The notes under the pieces are model-generated. The model saw only the letters and a list, made by a program, of their open reading frames with translations, made no database searches and was not told the DNA's origin. DNA of 16,771 bases, from contig JANRLX010000078.1 in assembly GCA_033762115.1 (NCBI GenBank), positions 1 to 16,771 on the forward strand, read 5' to 3'. This document shows positions 7,993-14,895 of the stretch, in pieces; within the stretch, counting starts at the first letter, position 1, and the number at the start of each line of letters is the position of its first letter. The DNA comes from Verrucomicrobiota bacterium (GTDB taxonomy: Bacteria > Verrucomicrobiota > Verrucomicrobiia > Limisphaerales > SXQI01). Position numbers and translations under genes: made by a program.

Positions 7993-9579
7993 GTGCATCG
8001 CTGGCTTTTAACAGGAATTTTTCTCCTCCTTGTCGGGGGATGGATTTTTTTTCATCAGCCTGCCTCCCCGGCTTCCGCTCAAACTACCGTTTCAGTAACA
8101 CCAGGCCCGGCGCTTCCCTCACCAACGCGTTCGCTTTTAGCAGATCCCCATTTCACCGCATCCGCTGGGCAGTCAGTCACCTCGACGAACATTCAGTCAA
8201 AAAAAGTGACAGCCGAGGAATTGACTCACCTCTCCACTCCGGCACTCGCAGCTCGTTCCATTTCGTTGGAAGAGGCGGGGCAGTTGAAGCATTCCGAAAT
8301 ATCCAAAAGGTTGCTGGCGATGAATTACTTTTCTGCCAATCGGCCATACACCGCAGGGCTCGTCCTGGTCGGTTTTCGAAGTGCGGATGAAACCAGGGCT
8401 TTGTTTGTCGAAGAAGGGACCGAACAGGCTGCAATCGATAGCCTCTTGAAACGGCTGGACATTAATTTTGCCGAATTGGACACCATCGTCACCCGCCAGT
8501 TCTACGCCAATGATCCCGGTTACAATCAACAGTGGCATCATGAAAAAATCGGCAGCCGCAGGGCCTGGGATTATTCACGCGGAAACCACACCGTGCAGAT
8601 TGCCATTTTGGATGCCCCCTTTCAGATGAATCATCCCGACCTTGTCGCGAATACAGCGGCCGGTTTTGACACCACCCGCAACCAGCCGGTCACCTCCTCG
8701 CCAGGAATCACGCATTCAACAGTGGGCGCCGGAATGGCTGCGGCGGTGTTGCATAATATCCAGGGGGTGGCGGGAGCAGGAAATTCCGTCATTCTTCCGG
8801 TGGATATTGAAAATGACACGACCCTGTCAGTCGGAATTGTGGATCTCGCAAATGGTATTCGCTGGGCCGCAAACAATGGCGTGCGGGTGGTGAATGTCAG
8901 TTGGGATGGCGCCTACAGTTCAACACTCAACCAGGAAGGCGCAAACCTGAAGCAAAAAAATTCCGGATTGCTTTTTATGGCGGGGGTCAACGGTAACAGC
9001 CGGTTAAATTACCCTGCTCATTCCAACATCATCGCCGTGGCGATGACCGACACCAATGATCTGCGGCGTTCAAGTTGGGGCCTGCACCTTGATTTTATTG
9101 CCCCTGGCTGGGAGATTTTTTCAACAGACGTGGGAAGCAGCTATGCTTCCGATTCAGGCACCAGTTACGCCACCCCACTCCTGACAGGAATTGCTGCACT
9201 CCTCATGAGTATCAATCCGGAACTTACAGGGGATCAAATTTACCAAATTCTTGTGGAAACAGCCCTGGATCTCGGCACCACCGGTTGGGACCAGTTTTAC
9301 GGTTGGGGCAGAATCGATTTTGCCAGGGCTGCCAGGAAGACATTTGGGACCTTGCCCCATGCGAAGGTGCAAAATCTGGCCCAGGCGCTAAATGGAATCC
9401 AGACAGGCTATTTACCAGGTGTGAGTTATTCGCTTTATGCAGCCGAGTCCCTCATGGGCCCCTGGGAATTAATCAACGAACCACAATTCATCACCAACGA
9501 AAATGTGCTGACAATTCTTGAGCCAATTGTCTCACCACACCCAATCCGTTTTTACAAAACCGAGCTTGTCCTGCCTTAA
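7993..9579 (+). CDS. Exported/membrane-anchored subtilisin-like S8 serine peptidase with non-canonical motifs and a C-terminal putative sorting domain
   Basis: N-terminal hydrophobic anchor and Pro/Ser/Thr linker, then NDP.Y.QQW, IAILD (Asp 8611), HPDL, HST (His 8713), VVNVSW, SSWG..LD..APG, SGTSYATP (Ser 9163) and GWD.FYGWGRID. Confidence 0.9.
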   Translation: MHRWLLTGIFLLLVGGWIFFHQPASPASAQTTVSVTPGPALPSPTRSLLADPHFTASAGQSVTSTNIQSKKVTAEELTHLSTPALAARSISLEEAGQLKHSEISKRLLAMNYFSANRPYTAGLVLVGFRSADETRALFVEEGTEQAAIDSLLKRLDINFAELDTIVTRQFYANDPGYNQQWHHEKIGSRRAWDYSRGNHTVQIAILDAPFQMNHPDLVANTAAGFDTTRNQPVTSSPGITHSTVGAGMAAAVLHNIQGVAGAGNSVILPVDIENDTTLSVGIVDLANGIRWAANNGVRVVNVSWDGAYSSTLNQEGANLKQKNSGLLFMAGVNGNSRLNYPAHSNIIAVAMTDTNDLRRSSWGLHLDFIAPGWEIFSTDVGSSYASDSGTSYATPLLTGIAALLMSINPELTGDQIYQILVETALDLGTTGWDQFYGWGRIDFARAARKTFGTLPHAKVQNLAQALNGIQTGYLPGVSYSLYAAESLMGPWELINEPQFITNENVLTILEPIVSPHPIRFYKTELVLP

Positions 9580-9659
9580 GGGCGAGAAGAAGTCCTTTCC
9601 TGTCCTAGCATCGTTCTTGCTATCTACTTATTCATACAGAAAGAGATCATAGAGTGCGG

Positions 9660-9688
9660 TTGAGAGAAGATCCCGTATAGGCTACTTT
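9660..9688 (+). promoter_or_regulatory. Possible sigma70 promoter (TTGAGA-N17-TACTTT)
   Basis: TTGAGA at 9660-9665 and TACTTT at 9683-9688 upstream of the large peptidase. Motif resemblance only. Confidence 0.25.
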
Positions 9689-9698
9689 TGCCCCCTCA

Positions 9699-12600
9699 TT
9701 GAAAGTCATGCAGTTCGTTCTGGCCATCTTACTTTTTGCACTGGGGGGCAGCGTCATACAAGGAAAGGAAATCCGCCTTAGGAATGAGCGCATTTTTACT
9801 CCTGAAAAGGAGGAAGCCTCCCTCCAAAGGCAACGCGAACAGCCTCCCCTGCAGGGTTTGTATCTCCTTCAGCTGGAAGACCAAAGGCCGAATGATTGGC
9901 GCGAGTTACTGCTCGCGGTAAGTGTTCGAGTGCTGCAATCGGTTCCCGAGGACGCATTTGTTGTCAAGGCAGATGGCGCACAGCTTGATCAGGTAATGGA
10001 ACTCCCCTTTGTTCGCTGGATGGGCCCCTACAAGCCCGAACATAAAATTCATCAAGGGCTTCTCCCCCCCCTCGCCGCTCCCGTGAAAGGCACAAAGGTG
10101 CGTGTGCTCCTCACGCCGGACAAAGATGGGGCTGAATTGGCGCGGGTGCGAAAATTATTAAGCAATGTTTCGCGAATTTCACGCACCCGTGCAGGAACAA
10201 TCGCCCAGGGTGTGACTTTGCCCGAACATTTGGCCGAACTGGCAAGGGCAAAATCCGTTTTATGGATTGAACCAGCGCCACAGGTCAAATTGTATGATGA
10301 ACTGGCCGCCGAAATTTTTGGCGGAGAACTCGAAGGCCCCGGCACAGCGGTGCAGGAACTGGGCTTTGATGGGAGCGGCGTGACAGTGGCCGTGGCTGAT
10401 AGCGGGCTCGGAAGCGGGAATGTTGGGGACATGCACCCGGATCTGGCTGGACGGGTGGATGGATTTTTCTTTTACGGCCAGTTAACTGACGCCTCCGACG
10501 AGCATAGCCATGGAACCCATGTTGCGGGAATTGTCGCAGGAAACGGCGCTACCGGTGAGGTCGATGAATTTGGTTACCTTTACGGTCTCGGCGTGGCTCC
10601 AGGGGCTCACATCATTGGTCAACGGATGTTTGATGGATTAGGCGGTTATGAACCGCCTGATTCCTTTGAGCAACTCACCCGGAATGCAGTTCAGGCCGGG
10701 GCTGATATTGGATCGAATTCCTGGGGGGATGATACGCAGGGTCGTTATGATCTGAGCGCGATGGAATTTGACGCCCTGGTGCGTGACGCAGACGCCATCA
10801 CACCTGGAGATCAGCAGTATATTCTCGAATTCTCAGCGGGCAATGCCGGCCCCGGCAGCAAAACCATCGGCAGCCCGGCAGTGGCTAAAAACGTGATTGC
10901 AACCGGTGCTTCCCAAAATAATCGACTGGAATTCGTGATTTATGCAGATGGTGAGGATGCCATGGCCGACTTTTCAAGTCGCGGGCCTTGCGAGGATGGT
11001 CGCATTAAACCGGATCTGGTCGCACCCGGAACCTGGATCGCCTCCCTGCAATCTTCAGCAGCAGGTGATGAGAATTCATGGTCTCCCATTTCCTCATATT
11101 ATCAATACCAGGGAGGGACCAGTCAGGCAGGGCCACAGGTATCCGGTGCAGCGGCAGTGTTTGTTCAATATTATCGCGAGACTCATCAGGGTGAGACACC
11201 CTCCCCTGCCCTCGTGAAAGCTGCCCTGATCAACTCGGCAGTGGATATGGATTCAGATTTTGGCACTGCCTCCATCCCCAATAATGACGAAGGTTGGGGG
11301 CGGGTGGAACTCACCGAACTGCTCAGTTCCGAACGGCAATATCAATATATCGACCAAATTCAACCATTGACCAACTCACAGGTTTTTGAACGGAGCTTTA
11401 TTATTTCAGATTCCACGGTCCCTCTGAAAATAACCATGACCTACACAGACGTGCCAGGGTTCCCCGCTGCCATCCCTGCCCTCGTCAATGATCTGGACCT
11501 GGAAGTGATCGCACCCAATGGGAACATCTATTCCGGCAATCAATTCGAGCGAGGAGAATCGGTCTCCTACCCTATTGCCCACGATACGATCAATAATGTG
11601 GAAGGAGTGCATCTCTCTGTGCCTGAACCTGGTGAATACATTGTCCGCGTTCGAGCCAGAAATGTGGTTGAGGATGCGCGAAAGGACACTCTGTCTGTTG
11701 ATCAGGATTTTGCCCTTGTTTATTCGGGGAATATCCCGTTGCCCGGCCGTGGAGTAATCACTTTTGATCGCAAAGCCTACAGAATTCCAGCAACCATCAA
11801 GTTGAAGCTGATTGATTTCGATCTTGCAGGGCAAAGCAGCATTGACGTCCTGGTCAGAAGCAGCAGTGAAACCAACGGTTTTTTAGTCACTTTGCAGGCT
11901 CAGGGTTCTCTTGGCGTGTTCACCGGTGCGGTCCAGACCGCAACACTCCCGGTCCGGAATGATGGCGCCCTTAACATCGCTCATGGCGATGTTATAGAAG
12001 CGATTTACCAGGATGCAGCGCCTGCAATTGTAGTTACCGCCACCAGCCGGGGGGACCTTTTGGGTCCTGTGATCACTCAGGTCACTTCCACCAACCGTTT
12101 TGGTCGGGAGCTGGTTTCCTGGCGGACTGATGAAATTGCCAATGGCACAGTCCTGTATGGGACCAATCATTTCTATTCACTGGTTGCAACAAACCGTTCC
12201 TTTACTTTGACCCAGGAAATCGCACTTCCCGGGCTGGTCGAGGGTTTCACTTATCAATTCAAGATCGTGGCAACTGATGAAGCGGGCAACATCACCACGA
12301 ACGACAATGCAGGAGCCGGGTTCAGTTTTGTGGCTCGTCCTGCGGCCACGGTACTCCTGGTGGATTCTTACGAGATCACGAATATTGAGGAACAAACTGT
12401 CGACATTCCAATCACCACCTACACCGATGCCTTGGATCAAACCGGCGTTAGTTATGAAGTGTGGGACACCGAGACGGATGGTATCCCCACACTGCCTGAC
12501 CTGTTGCCATTTCGAGTTGTCATCTGGCGGGTCAATGACAGTTTCTGGGAACAAAATGCGGATAGCGCCACTTTAAGCGCCACCCGGCAAACGATGATTG

Positions 12601-14816
12601 AGCAATACCTCGACCGCGGCGGGGCTTTCCTGATGGCGTCCATGGAAATTCTTAGCCGAATCGGTGAAGTCCCTTTCCGCACCAATGTTTTACAAGTTAG
12701 TGAGTTTACCCTGCCTCCTCCCGACATTTTTGCGGAATGCGATGATTGTGACCAGGACCGTACGGTGCCGATGATTTCCGGAGAAGAGTTGGAATCTGTC
12801 AGCAGCGGGATGGAAATGACGCTCGATTACTCTTCCTATCCCATTTTTGAACTGGAACCCATCGCCCCTAACATTGGGCCCGATCTTTCCGATACCTTTA
12901 CACCCACCACAAATTCGGCATCGATTCTCGTGGATACGGTATCAGGTAAAACCGTTGGTGTTCGTTACCCAAAAACGGGCCAGGATTCTCAAGGTCGAGT
13001 GGTCTTTTTAAGCTTTCCCCTGGATGCCCTTCCAATGGACGGACCATATCCCAATAATCGTCCTGCCCTGTTGAAAAATATCATATCATTTTTGGCACCC
13101 GGTGTGAATGGTCTCGGCACAATTGCCCTTGATAACAGCGCCTACACCACCAATTCAAAAGCGACGGTTGAAGTGGCCGATTCCGATCTTGCCGGTCAAC
13201 AGAATCTTTCCGTCACCTTTCGCAGTTCGACAGATACCAATGGAATCGTTGTTCAACTGGAGGAAACGTTGCGCTCAGGTCTTTTTCGTGGTTACGCCGT
13301 CCTGACCTCCACGAATGCCCCTGGTCCCGGAAAACTTGCGGTTCAGCACGAAGATTCTCTCTGGGTGGAGTATTTGGATGCTTCCGCTCAAACAACCCTT
13401 CAGGCCAGGGCCATTGTGGATACGGTTGCTCCCGCTATTTCGCTCCTTCAGCATGAGGAGGATTATGAATTTGCCTTTATTTCATGGACCAGTTCCGAAC
13501 CTGCGGACGCCTTGGTTCAATATGGCGAATCTCCTTTGCTGGGACGGACTGCTTATCGTGCGACTCATTCGGAAATTCACGAACTCGTCATTGATGGCCT
13601 GCTGCCGGACAAGCAATATTATTATCAGGTCGTCAACCGTGATCAGGCAGGCAACACCTCGGTGGACGACAACAATGGCAATTTTTACACGTTCAAAACC
13701 CTTGCCCCAAAAATCCCTCCCTGGATTGATGATCTGGAAGATTCAATTGATCGTTGGAGCATCGAGACGGTTGAGGACAGTGAAACGGCCTGGGAGCTTG
13801 GCCAACCCAATAATGGCATCGAAGAAACCGCGCATTCCGGCATCAATGCCTGGGGAAATAACCTTAACGGAAATTTCTCGACCTTCTCCCAAACATTTCT
13901 CATCAGTCCGGCAATTTTGTTGACGGGCGGAAATCACGCCACGCTTCGCTTTTGGCATGCGTATGATATGACTCCTGACGCGACCTTTGAATCAGCTCGC
14001 GTGTTGCTGTTCACAAATTTGCAAACACAACCAATCGAGCTCGCCTCCTATTATGACCTTGAGTTTTGGAATGAAGAAAAAATTGATCTCACCCCGCATC
14101 TGGGACGTGTCGTGCGCGTCGTCTGGGCTTATGAACTGCTCGATTTTGGATTTGAAACACTGATCCATCCAGGGTGGCTGGTCGATGATGTTTCCGTGAT
14201 CGTCACAAACGTCGTGCGGGGTACCATCCAGGTCACCAACAACCTGGCCCGGGCCGGATTTACTCTTGAAGGTGAGAGTGAATTCATCGGTCAGGGGCAG
14301 AATTTTGTCCGCACCAATGCAATTGCAGGGGAATATGTGATCACATGGGATGAAGTCCCTTATTACCAATCCCCTCCCCCCCAGACCAACCTGCTCGGCG
14401 GAAATTCCACACTGCGTTTTACCGGTAATTACACCTTTGCCGACAGCAACCAAAACGGTCTCTCTGATCAATGGGAAATGAACTTCTTCAACGCTGTGAC
14501 ATCTGACCGCTCCGGGTCGGATGATTTTGATGGGGATGGCTATTCCAACCTGAGCGAATTTCTTTCGGGAACCAACCCATCAAACCCAAACTCTGCCCTG
14601 GCCATGGTTCAACCAACGATCTTCCCTGATGGACGGGTCCAACTCCGCTGGCTTTCTGTTCCTGGATTTATTTATCGGGTGACAGGCAGCAGCGATTTGG
14701 AAACATGGACCCCTTACTCGGATTGGCTTCGCGCCTCCGGCGAGGAAATGATTCATACTTTCTCCCCCAATGGAACAAACTCAGAACATCTTTTTAGAAT
14801 TGAGGTCAAACCTTAA
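9699..14816 (+). CDS. Large secreted multidomain S8 peptidase (KP-43-like catalytic and jelly-roll domains, duplicated Ig-like+FN3 modules, alpha/beta domain, MAM/adhesin-like domain, Asp-rich Ca-binding motifs, C-terminal domain)
   Basis: Signal peptide; VAVADSG (Asp 10398), HGTHVAG (His 10509), SAGN (Asn 10842), GTSQA (Ser 11121). KP-43-type motifs DGRIKPDLVAPG, PSPALVKAALINSA, LVNDLDLEV, NNVEGV and QDFALV. The start may be ATG 9708. Confidence 0.93.
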   Translation: MKVMQFVLAILLFALGGSVIQGKEIRLRNERIFTPEKEEASLQRQREQPPLQGLYLLQLEDQRPNDWRELLLAVSVRVLQSVPEDAFVVKADGAQLDQVMELPFVRWMGPYKPEHKIHQGLLPPLAAPVKGTKVRVLLTPDKDGAELARVRKLLSNVSRISRTRAGTIAQGVTLPEHLAELARAKSVLWIEPAPQVKLYDELAAEIFGGELEGPGTAVQELGFDGSGVTVAVADSGLGSGNVGDMHPDLAGRVDGFFFYGQLTDASDEHSHGTHVAGIVAGNGATGEVDEFGYLYGLGVAPGAHIIGQRMFDGLGGYEPPDSFEQLTRNAVQAGADIGSNSWGDDTQGRYDLSAMEFDALVRDADAITPGDQQYILEFSAGNAGPGSKTIGSPAVAKNVIATGASQNNRLEFVIYADGEDAMADFSSRGPCEDGRIKPDLVAPGTWIASLQSSAAGDENSWSPISSYYQYQGGTSQAGPQVSGAAAVFVQYYRETHQGETPSPALVKAALINSAVDMDSDFGTASIPNNDEGWGRVELTELLSSERQYQYIDQIQPLTNSQVFERSFIISDSTVPLKITMTYTDVPGFPAAIPALVNDLDLEVIAPNGNIYSGNQFERGESVSYPIAHDTINNVEGVHLSVPEPGEYIVRVRARNVVEDARKDTLSVDQDFALVYSGNIPLPGRGVITFDRKAYRIPATIKLKLIDFDLAGQSSIDVLVRSSSETNGFLVTLQAQGSLGVFTGAVQTATLPVRNDGALNIAHGDVIEAIYQDAAPAIVVTATSRGDLLGPVITQVTSTNRFGRELVSWRTDEIANGTVLYGTNHFYSLVATNRSFTLTQEIALPGLVEGFTYQFKIVATDEAGNITTNDNAGAGFSFVARPAATVLLVDSYEITNIEEQTVDIPITTYTDALDQTGVSYEVWDTETDGIPTLPDLLPFRVVIWRVNDSFWEQNADSATLSATRQTMIEQYLDRGGAFLMASMEILSRIGEVPFRTNVLQVSEFTLPPPDIFAECDDCDQDRTVPMISGEELESVSSGMEMTLDYSSYPIFELEPIAPNIGPDLSDTFTPTTNSASILVDTVSGKTVGVRYPKTGQDSQGRVVFLSFPLDALPMDGPYPNNRPALLKNIISFLAPGVNGLGTIALDNSAYTTNSKATVEVADSDLAGQQNLSVTFRSSTDTNGIVVQLEETLRSGLFRGYAVLTSTNAPGPGKLAVQHEDSLWVEYLDASAQTTLQARAIVDTVAPAISLLQHEEDYEFAFISWTSSEPADALVQYGESPLLGRTAYRATHSEIHELVIDGLLPDKQYYYQVVNRDQAGNTSVDDNNGNFYTFKTLAPKIPPWIDDLEDSIDRWSIETVEDSETAWELGQPNNGIEETAHSGINAWGNNLNGNFSTFSQTFLISPAILLTGGNHATLRFWHAYDMTPDATFESARVLLFTNLQTQPIELASYYDLEFWNEEKIDLTPHLGRVVRVVWAYELLDFGFETLIHPGWLVDDVSVIVTNVVRGTIQVTNNLARAGFTLEGESEFIGQGQNFVRTNAIAGEYVITWDEVPYYQSPPPQTNLLGGNSTLRFTGNYTFADSNQNGLSDQWEMNFFNAVTSDRSGSDDFDGDGYSNLSEFLSGTNPSNPNSALAMVQPTIFPDGRVQLRWLSVPGFIYRVTGSSDLETWTPYSDWLRASGEEMIHTFSPNGTNSEHLFRIEVKP
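11745..13700 (+). repeat. Intragenic protein-level duplication: two 197-aa modules (11745-12335 and 13110-13700)
   Basis: Aligned by eye: G.G.I..D..AY, D.DLAGQ, RSS..TNG..V.L, G.F.G, Y.DA, SW, V.YG, GL....Y, D.AGN...DN.G..F. Confidence 0.85.
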
Positions 14817-14829
14817 ATCGATTTGAACC

Positions 14830-14874
14830 TGCTACTTTAGTAGACTTGCTACCTGAACCATTCCCCGACACAAT
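14830..14874 (+). promoter_or_regulatory. Possible promoter(s) for the Ig-repeat gene
   Basis: Extended -10-like TGcTACTTT at 14830-14838, and TTGCTA (14846-14851)-N17-CACAAT (14869-14874). Motif resemblance only. Confidence 0.2.
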
Positions 14875-14895
14875 CCATCCCTTTTGGCACCATAA

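Noticed and set aside
9606..9622. TAGCA-N7-TGCTA inverted repeat resembling a sigma54 box
   Set aside because: The invariant -24 GG is AG, and a single 5-bp inverted repeat is within chance expectation.
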